Of a stretch of DNA of 64,000 nucleotides, positions 38,646-48,996 are shown piece by piece. Positions within the stretch are counted from its first letter, which is position 1, and each line of letters starts with the position of its first letter. The notes under the pieces are model-generated. The model did not search any database. It was not told the DNA's origin and saw only the letters and a list, made by a program, of their open reading frames with translations. The position numbers and the translations under genes are program-made. This DNA is from Actinomycetes bacterium. GTDB lineage: Bacteria; Actinomycetota; Thermoleophilia; RBG-16-64-13. The DNA lies in the NCBI GenBank assembly GCA_024637035.1, contig JAGXFW010000025.1, positions 11,626-75,625 of the forward strand. Reading direction: 5' to 3'.

Positions 38646-40325
38646 CTACTCGTTCGCGGGTTCGGCGGGCTCGGGCTCGGGCTCGGCCGCGTCGGCTGCG
38701 TCGTCATGTGAGAACCGGTCGCGCGCGGCGCTCCAACCGCCCTGGAACAGGTCGGCCACCCCGTGGGTGAAATCGCGGGCTTCCTCGAGCATCATCTCTT
38801 TCAGAGCAGAGGAGTAGGCTCCCACCGACCGGTAGCGCTCGTATCGCTGACGCAGCAGCTTCTTGAGCGGGATGTTGTCGACCTCGGAGACCTCGCGCAC
38901 CAGCGCGTCGCGCAGTTCGCGCGCGGCGGACTCCGGATCGGCGTGGGCTCCGCCCTCCGGCTCCGGGATCACGCCATCTACGATATGCAGCTTGATCAGG
39001 TCGGGCGGAGTGAGTTTGAGCTGGTCGGAGATGTCTTCCGCCCGGCTCGAGTCGCGGTAGAGGATCGCGGCCGCGCCTTCGGGCGCGATCACCGAGTAGA
39101 TGGTGTTCTCCTGCATGAGTACCCGGTCGCAGGCGCCAAGCGCCAGGGCCCCGCCCGAGCCGCCCTCACCCACGACCACCGCGACCGTAGGTGTGCGCAG
39201 GTCGCTCATCAGGCTAAGGCAGGTCGCCAGGCTCATGGCAATGCCCCGCTCCTCGGCCTCGAACGTGGGCATGGCGCCCGGGGTGTCGATAAGTGAGACC
39301 AAGGGCAGACGGAATTTCTCGGCCAGACGCATAGCCCGCTGGGCCTTGCGATAGCCCTCGGGAAGCATGCGCCCGCCCCTTCGGCGAGCGTCGCCGTGGC
39401 CTCGTTCCTGACCCATCACGACCACAGAGCGTCCGCCCAGCTTTGCGAACCCCATGACCAGGGCGGGGTCGTCGCCGAAGAGACGATCGCCGTGGAGTTC
39501 CACGAAATCGTCGAAGACGCGGCCGATGTAGTCGAGAGAGGTGGGGCGGTCGTCGCGGCGCGCTCTCTGCACCACGTCCCAGCTCCGGCCCTCGGGGAGC
39601 GCGACGGGCTGCTCCTTGCGCACCGTCTCCATCTGCTCGGGGCGGAACTCGTCGGCCAGACATGAGAGCAGAGCGGTGAGCACCGACTTCAGGCGGGCCG
39701 GTTCGACAACGGCGTCGATCATGCCGTGCTCGAGGAGGAACTCTGCGGTGTGGGAACCGGGGGGGAGCGGCTCGCCCATCGTCTGCTCCACCACCCGCGG
39801 GCCTGCGAATCCGATCAGAGCACCGGGCTCGGCCAAGATCACGTCGCCCAAGCAGGCGAAGCTGGCGTAGATGCCCCCGGTGGTCGGATTCGAGAGGATC
39901 GAGACGAAGGGCACCCCGCGCTCGCGGAGCCGGGTGGCCGCCGCGGCCGTCTTCGCCATCTGAAGGAGCGAGATCATGCCTTCCTGCATACGGGCGCCAC
40001 CCGAGGTGGCGACCGTCACGATAGGCGTGTCCTCACGGGTGGCCCGCTCGAAGGCGCGGGCGATCTTCTCGCCCACCACCGAGCCCATGGATCCACCCAT
40101 GAACTCGAAGTCGAGCACCGCCAGTATGGCCGGAAAGCCGCCTATGCGGCACTGTCCCGTCACCACGGCGTCGCGCAGCCCCGTCTTCTCGCGGGCGTTC
40201 TTCAGACGCTCGGGGTACGACTTGTCGTCGGCGAAATGAAGCGGGTCGGCGGCCGAGAAGTAGCGGTCGGTCTCCTTGAAGGAGCCGGCGTCGGCCAGGC
40301 GCTCGATGCGCTCCCTCGCCTTCAC
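38646..40325 (-). CDS. accDA: Acyl-CoA carboxylase carboxyltransferase, fused beta-alpha (AccD-AccA) subunits
   Basis: N-terminal half is AccD-like ([17 protein letters not shown] ... SGGARMQEG). C-terminal half is AccA-like ([17 protein letters not shown] ... [13 protein letters not shown]). There is no N-terminal Zn ribbon. Confidence 0.85.
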   Translation of the reverse strand: MKARERIERLADAGSFKETDRYFSAADPLHFADDKSYPERLKNAREKTGLRDAVVTGQCRIGGFPAILAVLDFEFMGGSMGSVVGEKIARAFERATREDTPIVTVATSGGARMQEGMISLLQMAKTAAAATRLRERGVPFVSILSNPTTGGIYASFACLGDVILAEPGALIGFAGPRVVEQTMGEPLPPGSHTAEFLLEHGMIDAVVEPARLKSVLTALLSCLADEFRPEQMETVRKEQPVALPEGRSWDVVQRARRDDRPTSLDYIGRVFDDFVELHGDRLFGDDPALVMGFAKLGGRSVVVMGQERGHGDARRRGGRMLPEGYRKAQRAMRLAEKFRLPLVSLIDTPGAMPTFEAEERGIAMSLATCLSLMSDLRTPTVAVVVGEGGSGGALALGACDRVLMQENTIYSVIAPEGAAAILYRDSSRAEDISDQLKLTPPDLIKLHIVDGVIPEPEGGAHADPESAARELRDALVREVSEVDNIPLKKLLRQRYERYRSVGAYSSALKEMMLEEARDFTHGVADLFQGGWSAARDRFSHDDAADAAEPEPEPAEPANE

Positions 40326-41197
40326 AGCTCCGCCACGACCGCCTGCACGAGCTCTGCCACCTGGGTGGGGTTCACTCCCACCCGTATGCCCACGGCTTCC
40401 AGAGCCTCCTTCTTGGCGCCCGCGGTGCCCGACGTGCCCGAGATGATCGCGCCGGCATGGCCCATCTGCTTGCCCGGGGGCGCCGTGAAGCCTGCGATGT
40501 AGGCCACCACCGGTTTCGTGACCTCACGAGTGATGAACTCCGCCGCCTGCTCCTCTTCGTTCCCGCCGATCTCGCCCACCATGGCGATCACCTTGGTCTC
40601 GGGGTCGGCTTGGAACCGGGCGAGGATATCGATGAAGCTCGAACCGACGATGGGATCGCCCCCGATGCCCACGGCGGTCGACTGACCGAGACCCTTCTGG
40701 GTCAGCTCGTTCGCGATCTGGTAGGTGAGTGTGCCGGAGCGACTGACCAGACCCACGTTGCCGGGCAGAAAAATCTGGGGCGGCATGATGCCCACGTTGG
40801 CCTTCCCGGGGGATATGACACCCGGGCAGTTCGGGCCGATCATGGCCACGCCCTTGGCCCGCAGGTAGTTGTACACCTTCAGCATCTCGTGGGCCGGGAT
40901 GCCCTCGGTGATGGTCACGATGAGGCGAACGCCGCTGTCGATGGCCTCATACATGGCATCGGCCGCGAACCGCGGCGGCACGAAGATCATGGAGACGTCG
41001 GCTCCCGTGGCGGCCACCGCATCGCTCACGGTGTCGAACACCGGGATACCCTCCACGTCCTGCCCGCCCTTACCGGGGGTGACCCCGGCCACCACCTGCG
41101 TGCCGTACGTGCGATTGCGGAGTGCGTGGAAGGAACCCTCACGCCCGGTGAGACCCTGCACGACGAGTTTCGTGCCCTTGTCGATGAGAATGGCCAT
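40322..41197 (-). CDS. sucD: Succinate--CoA ligase alpha subunit
   Basis: CoA-binding and phospho-His loop ([10 protein letters not shown]). Confidence 0.95.
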   Translation of the reverse strand: MAILIDKGTKLVVQGLTGREGSFHALRNRTYGTQVVAGVTPGKGGQDVEGIPVFDTVSDAVAATGADVSMIFVPPRFAADAMYEAIDSGVRLIVTITEGIPAHEMLKVYNYLRAKGVAMIGPNCPGVISPGKANVGIMPPQIFLPGNVGLVSRSGTLTYQIANELTQKGLGQSTAVGIGGDPIVGSSFIDILARFQADPETKVIAMVGEIGGNEEEQAAEFITREVTKPVVAYIAGFTAPPGKQMGHAGAIISGTSGTAGAKKEALEAVGIRVGVNPTQVAELVQAVVAEL

Positions 41198-42348
41198 CAG
41201 CTCTCCCTCCCGGCGGCCAGCGCTACGGCCCTGTCGGCGGCGTCGAGCATGGTGGCCTCCACGTACAGGTTGGGCACATCGGCCTGGGCGAGTATCTCGC
41301 GCCCCTCGACATCATGGGTGCCGTCAAGCCGCACCACGATGGGCATCGTGATGCCCATCTGTGCCACCGCGGCGAGCACGCCGTTGGCCACCTCGTCACA
41401 CCGAGTGATGCCCCCGAAGATGTTGAAGAAGATAGCCTTGACCTCTGGGTCGGAGGTGATCACCTCCAGTGCGCTGACGATCTCCTCCGCCTTGGCACCG
41501 CCCCCCACATCCAAGAAGTTGGCGGGTGCGCCTCCAGCATCGGCCACCACGTCGAGGGTGCTCATGACCAGGCCGGCGCCGTTCCCGAGCACGCCTATGT
41601 CGCCGCCGAGTTTCACGTAGGTGACACCCCGCTCCAGAGCCATCTGTTCCTGAGGGTCCGCCGCCTGGACGTCGCGCATCGCCACCACCTCCGGATGGCG
41701 GTACAAGCTGTTGTTGTCCACCGAGAACTTCGAGTCGAGCGCCACGAGACGCCCGTCAGCGGTGAGGATGAGGGGGTTGACCTCCACCAGCGTGGCCTCG
41801 TAGCGCGTGAAGACGTCCCATAGCTTCGTGAAGACCTCGCTCATCGGTCGCACGAGTTCGGCCCCGAGCCCCGCGCCGAAGCACAGACGGCGGGAGATGT
41901 AGTCGCTCCACCCGGCCAGGGGATCCACCCATACACGGCTCAGCGCCTCGGGATGCTCGTGCGCGACCTGCTCGATGTCCATGCCGCCGATGCCCGAGAG
42001 CATGGCGAGCACCTTCTTCGCTCCCCTATCGAGTATCAGCGCCGCGTACATCTCGCGCGCGATGTCGGAGGCCTCCTCGACCAGCACGCGGTGCACGGTG
42101 TGTCCGTGGATGTCCATGCCGAGAATCGCCTCGGCTGCGGCGCGCGCTTCGGCGGGGCCGTCGGCCAACTTCACGCCGCCGGCCTTGCCGCGGCCCCCCA
42201 CCTGCACCTGCGCCTTCACCACGACCCGGCCGCCGATCTCAGCCGCGGCCGCCTCAGCTTCCTCCGGCGTCACCGCGACCATGCCGCGAGGCACAGGCAG
42301 ACCCACTGTGGCGAAGAGCTCCTTGCCTTGAAACTCGTACAGATCCAT
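41197..42348 (-). CDS. sucC: Succinate--CoA ligase beta subunit
   Basis: ATP-grasp N-terminus ([12 protein letters not shown]), conserved throughout. Confidence 0.95.
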   Translation of the reverse strand: MDLYEFQGKELFATVGLPVPRGMVAVTPEEAEAAAAEIGGRVVVKAQVQVGGRGKAGGVKLADGPAEARAAAEAILGMDIHGHTVHRVLVEEASDIAREMYAALILDRGAKKVLAMLSGIGGMDIEQVAHEHPEALSRVWVDPLAGWSDYISRRLCFGAGLGAELVRPMSEVFTKLWDVFTRYEATLVEVNPLILTADGRLVALDSKFSVDNNSLYRHPEVVAMRDVQAADPQEQMALERGVTYVKLGGDIGVLGNGAGLVMSTLDVVADAGGAPANFLDVGGGAKAEEIVSALEVITSDPEVKAIFFNIFGGITRCDEVANGVLAAVAQMGITMPIVVRLDGTHDVEGREILAQADVPNLYVEATMLDAADRAVALAAGRES

Positions 42349-42429
42349 CCAAAGACCCCCCGATATCGATGACCTCGTCCCCCGGAGGGTCGCCTGGTAG
42401 CCCCCCTCCGCCGCGTGAGGACGCGTCGG

Positions 42430-44049
42430 TCAGATGTGCACCGATCCGCCGCCCTTGAACTGCCCGAACTCTTGGCGAAGCACTCCCGCGATCTCTCCCA
42501 GAGTCGCGTAGGCGCGCAGCGCGTCCTTCATCGGATAGAGCAGGTTGTCCGACGACTTAGCCGCCTCACGCATGCGTTCGAGCGCCGCGTCCACTGCCGC
42601 CTGGTCGCGCTCCTCCCGCAGATCCGCCAAACGCCGCTCCTGCAACGCCTGCACAGATGGGTCGACTCGATGCAGCGCGATGCGCGGCTTCTCTCCCGAT
42701 GCGAACTTGTTCAAGCCCACGACGACGCGGTCGCCCCGTTCGATGGAACGCTGGTACTCGTACGCCGAATCCTCGATGGCGCGCTGCATGAAGCCCTGCT
42801 CGATCGCCTTCACGGCGCCGCCGAGCCGGTCGATCTCGTCCATGAGGTCCTGAGCTTTGGCCTGGAGGTCGTCGGTGAGGGTCTCCACCGCGAAGGATCC
42901 GGCCAGCGGGTCGGGGATGTCGGCCACCCCGGACTCGTACCCGATGATCTGCTGGGTGCGCAGGGCGATGGCCACGGAGTCATCGGAGGGCAGCGCGAGC
43001 GCCTCGTCGAAGGAGTTCGTGTGCAGAGACTGCGTGCCTCCGAGCACGGCCGCGAGCGCCTGGAGCGCTACGCGCACCACGTTGTTGTGCGGCTGCTGAG
43101 CGGTCAGAGTGCAACCCGCCGTCTGGGTGTGGAAGCGGAGCATCTGGCTCTTCGGATCGGTCGCGCCGAAACGATCGCGCATGATGTCCGCCCACATGCG
43201 CCGCGCCGCCCGATACTTGGCGACCTCTTCGAGCAGGTTGTTGTGCGCGTTGAAAAAGAATGAGAGCTGGCCCGCGAAAGTGTCCACCTGCAAGCCGGCA
43301 TCAACGGCCGCCTTGACGTAGGCGATGCCGTTGGCCAGCGTGAAGGCGAGTTCCTCCGCCGCCGACGAGCCCGCTTCCCTGATGTGATAGCCGGAGATGG
43401 AGATCGTGTTCCAGTTCGGCAGGTTCGCCTGACAATACGCGAAGATGTCGGTGATGATGCGCATGGAAGGGGCAGGCGGGAAGATGTACGTGCCGCGGGC
43501 GACGTACTCCTTGAGGATGTCGTTCTGGATCGTGCCCCGGAGCCCGCGAGTGTCCACGCCCTGCTTCTCGGCCACCAACTCGTACATGAGTAGCAGCACC
43601 GCAGCCGGCGAGTTGATGGTCATCGATGTCGACACCTTGTCGAGCGGGATGCCCTCGAAGAGCGCCTCCATGTCGCGGAGCGAGTCGATGGCCACCCCTA
43701 CCTTGCCCACCTCGCCCTCGGCCAAGGGGTGATCGGAGTCATACCCCATCTGGGTGGGCAGGTCGAAGGCCACCGAGAGCCCGGTCTGGCCGCGCTCCAG
43801 CAGGTAGTGATAGCGGCGGTTCGATTCCTCGGCCGACGCGAAGCCTGCATACTGGCGCATGGTCCAAAGGCGGCCCCGATACATCGAGGGATACACTCCG
43901 CGCGTGAAGGGGAACTCGCCGGCGGAGCCGAGATCCCCCTCCCAGTCCTTGTCGGCTACGTCGGCCCACGTGTACACGGGCCGGAGTTCGACTCCCGAAT
44001 CGGTGAAGCGGGCGCTGGGGCCACCCGAGGTCGACTTGTCCTCAGCCAT
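42430..44049 (-). CDS. mcmA: Methylmalonyl-CoA mutase, large catalytic subunit (N-terminal TIM-barrel only; no B12-binding domain)
   Basis: MCM substrate-binding barrel ([23 protein letters not shown]) ending near residue 540 without a Rossmann B12 domain. Start refined to MAEDKS (AAGGAG RBS). Confidence 0.88.
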   Translation of the reverse strand: MAEDKSTSGGPSARFTDSGVELRPVYTWADVADKDWEGDLGSAGEFPFTRGVYPSMYRGRLWTMRQYAGFASAEESNRRYHYLLERGQTGLSVAFDLPTQMGYDSDHPLAEGEVGKVGVAIDSLRDMEALFEGIPLDKVSTSMTINSPAAVLLLMYELVAEKQGVDTRGLRGTIQNDILKEYVARGTYIFPPAPSMRIITDIFAYCQANLPNWNTISISGYHIREAGSSAAEELAFTLANGIAYVKAAVDAGLQVDTFAGQLSFFFNAHNNLLEEVAKYRAARRMWADIMRDRFGATDPKSQMLRFHTQTAGCTLTAQQPHNNVVRVALQALAAVLGGTQSLHTNSFDEALALPSDDSVAIALRTQQIIGYESGVADIPDPLAGSFAVETLTDDLQAKAQDLMDEIDRLGGAVKAIEQGFMQRAIEDSAYEYQRSIERGDRVVVGLNKFASGEKPRIALHRVDPSVQALQERRLADLREERDQAAVDAALERMREAAKSSDNLLYPMKDALRAYATLGEIAGVLRQEFGQFKGGGSVHI

Positions 44050-44077
44050 GTCTACTCCTTCGCGAGACGGACGGGCC

Positions 44078-44479
44078 TCAGCCCCTCTGTACCAACTCCG
44101 ACAGCACACCGAACGTGCTCTTCGGGTGCAGGAAAGCGATGCGAGAACCGGCGAGCCCGATGCGTGGGGTCTCGTCCACCAGACGTACGCCCGAGGCCTT
44201 CAAGCGCGCCAGTTCGCCCTCGATGTCGTCCACGGCGTAGGCGATATGGTGCATCCCCGCACCCTTGTCGGCGAGAAAGCGTGCGATAGGGGAATCATCG
44301 CGGATCGGTCGCAGCAACTCTATCGTGGTCTGCCCGATCTCGAGGGCTACTGCTTCGACCCCTTGGTCTTCAAGGATCTCTCTGTGGTGCACGTGCAGAG
44401 CGAACCCATCCTGGTACAAGGCAAGGGCGGCGTCAAGGTCGGGGACGGCTATGCCGAGGTGATCGATCTTGGAGAACAT
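44078..44479 (-). CDS. mce: Methylmalonyl-CoA epimerase (VOC/glyoxalase family)
   Basis: [12 protein letters not shown]... [10 protein letters not shown], the typical epimerase pattern. Adjacent to the mutase. Confidence 0.85.
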   Translation of the reverse strand: MFSKIDHLGIAVPDLDAALALYQDGFALHVHHREILEDQGVEAVALEIGQTTIELLRPIRDDSPIARFLADKGAGMHHIAYAVDDIEGELARLKASGVRLVDETPRIGLAGSRIAFLHPKSTFGVLSELVQRG

Positions 44480-44737
44480 GTGGAGAATCCCTCCTTGTCC
44501 GGCGAGGCGAGTGGACGGCACGTTCTTGGTATGTCATCTGACCCTCCGTGCTCCGCCCGGGGTAGGGACCGAGTCCGTAGCCCGGGGGGGGAGACCATGA
44601 TAGTCGCTTGGCCCACGGTGCGCCACTAGTGCGCCGCCCGGGTCCCGGCTAAGGGCGCGGCGGCGGAATGGGCGGCCGGCGCAGGCGGATCGGCGGCGCC
44701 CTGACTGGACGAGCGACGCGCGCCGCCCGGGCGAGTT

Positions 44738-44911
44738 CTACCCTGCGCCCTCGGCCACGAGGGCTCTCAACGCCTCGGTCAACTCGGCCGACCGCACGTA
44801 GCCCACCTCGGGAGCGCCGTCGGCTTCGCGGTGCTGGTACTTCACCCAGTCGGGCTCCAGGGTAGCCGCCACCTCCGAGAACAAGAACACGCGGCCGTCG
44901 GAGAGGGTCAC
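44738..44911 (-). CDS. Possible small protein (57 aa)
   Basis: Protein-like frame not in the ORF track (GTG start; VTLSDGRVFLFSEVAATLEPDWVKYQHREADGAPEVGYVRSAELTEALRALVAEGAG*). It lies downstream of three small membrane-protein genes on the same strand. Confidence 0.3.
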   Translation of the reverse strand: MTLSDGRVFLFSEVAATLEPDWVKYQHREADGAPEVGYVRSAELTEALRALVAEGAG

Positions 44912-44932
44912 CCGGACCCCCGGAGGAGTAGT

Positions 44933-45193
44933 TCATTCGAAGAGCAGATCGGGAGGCCACAGCGCGCGGGCCTCGGCCGTGGCCGAGAAGAACCGGGCCA
45001 CCGACTCACCGGCCGGCCCTGAGGGATCTACGTCCACCCACCCTTCTCGGGCCACCTGTAGCTGCGCGAGATCCTCGACGGCGATGTCCGGCCCTGGATC
45101 GTAGATGCGGTATGTCCAGTGCCCCACCGCTGCGCCGAGCACGAGCAGCACCACCACGAGCACCGCCCACCCGCGCCGACGGCGCTGCGTCAT
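44933..45193 (-). CDS. Small membrane-anchored hypothetical protein (86 aa)
   Basis: N-terminal RRRR followed by a TM helix (WAVLVVVLLVLGAAV). Confidence 0.5.
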   Translation of the reverse strand: MTQRRRRGWAVLVVVLLVLGAAVGHWTYRIYDPGPDIAVEDLAQLQVAREGWVDVDPSGPAGESVARFFSATAEARALWPPDLLFE

Positions 45194-45621
45194 CTGGCCT
45201 CTACCTCGGCGGCGAGGCCGGCCATCACCTGCGCAAGCGCCGGCGACTCCAAGGAGCCCAGGTAGCTGCCGTCGCCCTCTGAGATGCCCACGTGTCTGTC
45301 ATCCCCGAGGATGAGATGGAACTGCAGCCCATCGTCGCGGAACAGTACGAGCAGCAGCGCGCCCTCCCGGCGCTCTACGGGCACGTTCGACACGGGGGCC
45401 TGGTTCACGGAGGCGAGCACGTCATCGACGAACCCTCCATCACTACCCCGTTCGTGCACCTCGAACTCGCGGATGTTCGTTCCATAGGGGCCGTAGGCGT
45501 AGGAATCGATGCGCGACCCGTCGAGCAACGCGTCGGGTTGGGCGAAGTAGAAGAAGTAGGCGGCAAGACCAGCCACCAAAGCTGCCACGACGGCGAGCCG
45601 GAACGATCGCTCCGCGATCAC
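45190..45621 (-). CDS. Membrane-anchored hypothetical protein (143 aa)
   Basis: N-terminal TM (LAVVAALVAGLAAYFFYF). 4-nt overlap with neighbouring genes. Confidence 0.5.
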   Translation of the reverse strand: MIAERSFRLAVVAALVAGLAAYFFYFAQPDALLDGSRIDSYAYGPYGTNIREFEVHERGSDGGFVDDVLASVNQAPVSNVPVERREGALLLVLFRDDGLQFHLILGDDRHVGISEGDGSYLGSLESPALAQVMAGLAAEVEAR

Positions 45622-46307
45622 GGGGACCCGATCATCCCCTCCGGCAACCGAAGACCCTCGATGATCACCGTACCCCCACTCGGGGGCCGGAACGCCATCT
45701 TCGGCGTCAGGCCGGCCGGACCACGGAACGTGACGATGAAATCGAACGTAGCGCCTTTGAGAAGCGACCGAGGCCCGGGACCTGTGAGTGTAGGCTCGGC
45801 TTCGGCATACGCTCCCCCAACGTCGAGGGAGAAGTGGAGCGGGTCGATGCGAACGACGGCGTCACCGTCGTTCGAGGCACGACCGAACGCTTGGTAGTAC
45901 ACCTGTCCGGATGCCAGGCCCGGCGGTGGTGAGGTGTCGACCGGCCATCGAGGTCGGGTCGGCACCTCGGCGGGATAAAAGCTCGTGATCACGACGGCCA
46001 TTCCCGAGACGGTGAACGGCTCACCCACGCCCACACTCATCTCCACCGGAGTGCCTCCATCCGGGTTCGTGGTGCCACCCGATGCCGGTGTGCCACCGTC
46101 CGAGCAGGTGAGCTGCCGCACCCCGAAGGCGACCGCCAGCACCAGCACGACGACAGCCACGAGTCGCAACATACGCTTGTTCGGTCTCGCTCTGGTGATC
46201 CTTGCCATCAGGCGGCTCCAGGCGCCCGAGGGGCGCCGCTCTGGGAAACCCGGCCGGCCGGACGGTCGCGTGCGTGCACCCCGGGACGTCCGTGCCAAGG
46301 TCGTCAT
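45618..46307 (-). CDS. Membrane-anchored / lipoprotein-like hypothetical protein (DUF4352-like beta-sandwich)
   Basis: Signal anchor (MLRLVAVVVLVLAVAFG...TCSDGG). The true start is possibly the internal Met at about 46208. Confidence 0.5.
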   Translation of the reverse strand: MTTLARTSRGARTRPSGRPGFPERRPSGAWSRLMARITRARPNKRMLRLVAVVVLVLAVAFGVRQLTCSDGGTPASGGTTNPDGGTPVEMSVGVGEPFTVSGMAVVITSFYPAEVPTRPRWPVDTSPPPGLASGQVYYQAFGRASNDGDAVVRIDPLHFSLDVGGAYAEAEPTLTGPGPRSLLKGATFDFIVTFRGPAGLTPKMAFRPPSGGTVIIEGLRLPEGMIGSP

Positions 46308-46361
46308 GGTACCTTACGCCCGCCGTAATCGCCCACCGTCTGGGGGGACGGCATTGTCGAT

Positions 46362-47078
46362 CTACGCCTGGATCCCTCGCACCAGGAGCTCGGCCAGCGA
46401 ACGACCCATCGCGACCGGGTCCCCGTACCGTTCGCGCAGGCCGTGGCTCACGTGCACTCCGCGCGCCGCCGCCAGGAGCAACGGAGCGGTTGTGTCGGCA
46501 TCCACGTCGCGGAAGTCGCCCGCCGCCATGCCTTCCACCAAAACAGTTGCCAACTGCGCCACGAGCTCCTTCTCCACACCGTCGATGCGCTCTCTGATCT
46601 CGGCATCCACGAAGAGGGACGGGTCGCGCCGAGCCAGCGTGGATGTGCCCGCCTGCGTCGACAGACTTCCCACGTAGGCCACGAGTCCCGCGCTGAGTCG
46701 CCGCTGGAATCTCCCCTGGCCGCCTTCCGGGCCGACGACACGGCGGTCGTCGGGGCAGCCGGCGGGACGGTCGCCGCGACCCTCGTCATGCGCGTCCTCG
46801 TCGCCGCCGGCGAGCGCCTCGGAGACAGCTTCGGTGACGCACGAGCAGTGACGCTCCACCAAGGCCAGCAGGACGCCTCGCTTCGAGCCGTAGTGGTAGT
46901 ACAGGGCCGGGATCGACACACCCACACCCTCCGCGATCTCGCGCACCGAGGTGGCCGAGAACCCTTTGGCCGCGAACAGCGCATGCGCGACCACCAGGAT
47001 CCGCTCCCTCACGCTGTCGTCAGGAAGGCTGAGCGTGCCGACGTCGCCATTCGGAGTCGGCTTCACGCCCTGCTCCAT
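46362..47078 (-). CDS. TetR/AcrR-family transcriptional regulator
   Basis: N-terminal HTH (RERILVVAHALFAAKGFSATSVREIAEGVGVSIPALYYHYGSK). Divergent to an MFS pump. Confidence 0.85.
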   Translation of the reverse strand: MEQGVKPTPNGDVGTLSLPDDSVRERILVVAHALFAAKGFSATSVREIAEGVGVSIPALYYHYGSKRGVLLALVERHCSCVTEAVSEALAGGDEDAHDEGRGDRPAGCPDDRRVVGPEGGQGRFQRRLSAGLVAYVGSLSTQAGTSTLARRDPSLFVDAEIRERIDGVEKELVAQLATVLVEGMAAGDFRDVDADTTAPLLLAAARGVHVSHGLRERYGDPVAMGRSLAELLVRGIQA

Positions 47079-47132
47079 GCCACCTTGACTCTCTTCTCCA
47101 CGGTGTGGTTCAATGTGCCCCTTGTCGCTTGC

Positions 47133-47146
47133 TTAGCGAGCGCTAA
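47133..47146. promoter_or_regulatory. Inverted repeat TTAGCG-AG-CGCTAA in the divergent tetR/MFS intergenic region (candidate TetR operator)
   Basis: 6-2-6 palindrome centred between the divergent TetR regulator and MFS pump genes. Confidence 0.35.
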
Positions 47147-47193
47147 CTATAACACCCGCGCCCCGCGGAACAAGCGCGCAGGAAGGACCTGAG

Positions 47194-48876
47194 TTGGCCA
47201 ACCCCTCCCGAAGAAGATTGATAGCTGTCATGGTTGGCGTAGGCCTGGGTATGCTCCTCGCGGCCCTCGATCAGACCATCGTCTCGACCGCGATGCCCAA
47301 AGTCGTCGCCCACTTGGGCGGCTTCGAGCTCTACTCCTGGGTCTTCACCGCCTACATGCTCACCTCTACCGTCACCGTGCCCATCTACGGCAAGCTGTCC
47401 GACCTGTACGGGCGCAAGGTCTTCTTCATGTTCGGCATGGTGGTCTTCATGGTGGGTTCCGTGCTCAGCGGCGGCGCGGCCACCATGACGCAGCTCATCA
47501 TCTTCCGTGGGATACAGGGCATCGGCGCCGGTGCCCTGATGCCGGTGGCTCTCGCCGTGATCGGCGACCTCTTCCCGCCCGGGCAACGCGGCAAGGTGCA
47601 AGGACTCATGGGCACCGTCTTCGGGATATCGAGCGTGGTGGGGCCCACCCTCGGCGGCTACATCACCGACAACCTGAACTGGCGCTGGGTCTTCTACGTC
47701 AACATCCCCGTGGGGATAGCCGCGCTGGTCGTGGTGGCCTTCACTATGCCGCGCGGCAGCGCAGGCCGTCAGGGCCGTTCCATCGACTACCTCGGCGCGG
47801 CGGCCCTGGTGGCGTCCATGGTCCCGCTGCTGCTGGGTCTGTCTCAAGCCGGTGGGGACCATCCCTGGCTCTCGTCCTACATCCTCGGCCTGTTCGCCTT
47901 TTCCGCGGTCATGCTGGCGCTGTTCGTGCTCATCGAGTCACGGGTCGAAGAGCCGATCCTGCCTCTTGGCCTCTTCCGCAACAGGATCTTCAGCGTCTCG
48001 GTCGTCGCCGTGTTCTTCACGGCGGCCGGCATGTTCGGCACGATCATGTACATACCCCTGTTCGTGCAGGGGGTCATAGGGACCTCAGCCACGAGCTCAG
48101 GCTACATCCTCACCCCGATGATGATGTCGATGATCGGTTCGTCCATGATCGGCGGGCAGCTCATCAGCCGCTGGGGACGGTATCGGGTGATCGCCCTTGT
48201 CGGCCTGGGCATCATGGCCCTGGGCATGGGCCTCCTCGCGTCCATGGGCACGAGCACCACGGGCAGGACGGCCGTCTACTACATGGTGGTGACCGGTCTA
48301 GGCCTCGGAGTCACGATGCCCCTGTACGTGATCGCCGTTCAGAACGCGTTCGACCATTCCCGCATGGGAGTTGTCACCAGTGCGGTAGCCTTCTTTCGGA
48401 ACATCGGGGGGACGGTGGGCGTCGCGGTCATGGGCAGCCTGATGGCTTCGAGCTTCCAGAACCGCGTGGCAGATTCCATGCCTCAAGCCCTGAGCAACGC
48501 CCTATCGCCCGAAGCGCTCGCCACTGTCAGCAACCCCCAGGCCCTGCTGAACCCGGAGGCCCAGGCAGCCATCGCCGCCCAGTTCCCCGCCGGGCAAGAG
48601 GGCCTGTTCGCGCAGCTGCTCGACACCCTGCGCACGTCGCTGGCCGGATCGATCTCGTTGGTGTTCATGATCGGGGTGGGCGTCGTGGTGCTCGCGTGGC
48701 TGATCAACCTGTTCCTCGAAGAGATCCCGCTGCGGAAGACGCACGACTTCCCGGGTGCCGCCGAGGCCGGTCCGACTTCCCCCGACGACACCTCGCAGCG
48801 AGCAGCGCCGGTGGCTGGCGCGCTCGCGCCGCAGTCCCCCACGGCCCTCGAACCGGCGGATCAAGGGGCCGACTAG
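47194..48876 (+). CDS. MFS transporter, DHA2 (EmrB/QacA) 14-TMS drug:H+ antiporter family
   Basis: MFS motif A region (GKLSDLYGRKVFF) and 14 predicted TMS. Confidence 0.85.
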   Translation: MANPSRRRLIAVMVGVGLGMLLAALDQTIVSTAMPKVVAHLGGFELYSWVFTAYMLTSTVTVPIYGKLSDLYGRKVFFMFGMVVFMVGSVLSGGAATMTQLIIFRGIQGIGAGALMPVALAVIGDLFPPGQRGKVQGLMGTVFGISSVVGPTLGGYITDNLNWRWVFYVNIPVGIAALVVVAFTMPRGSAGRQGRSIDYLGAAALVASMVPLLLGLSQAGGDHPWLSSYILGLFAFSAVMLALFVLIESRVEEPILPLGLFRNRIFSVSVVAVFFTAAGMFGTIMYIPLFVQGVIGTSATSSGYILTPMMMSMIGSSMIGGQLISRWGRYRVIALVGLGIMALGMGLLASMGTSTTGRTAVYYMVVTGLGLGVTMPLYVIAVQNAFDHSRMGVVTSAVAFFRNIGGTVGVAVMGSLMASSFQNRVADSMPQALSNALSPEALATVSNPQALLNPEAQAAIAAQFPAGQEGLFAQLLDTLRTSLAGSISLVFMIGVGVVVLAWLINLFLEEIPLRKTHDFPGAAEAGPTSPDDTSQRAAPVAGALAPQSPTALEPADQGAD

Positions 48877-48996
48877 GGCGCCAACCCTCGGCGTCCAGCG
48901 CCCCTACGGGCGGCCGGTCAGCCCGAGCGCGGCGGCGTGCCGCCATCCTTCGTGGTGTGCCTCGAGGCTGGGACCGGGACCGGAGCCGCGCCCACG

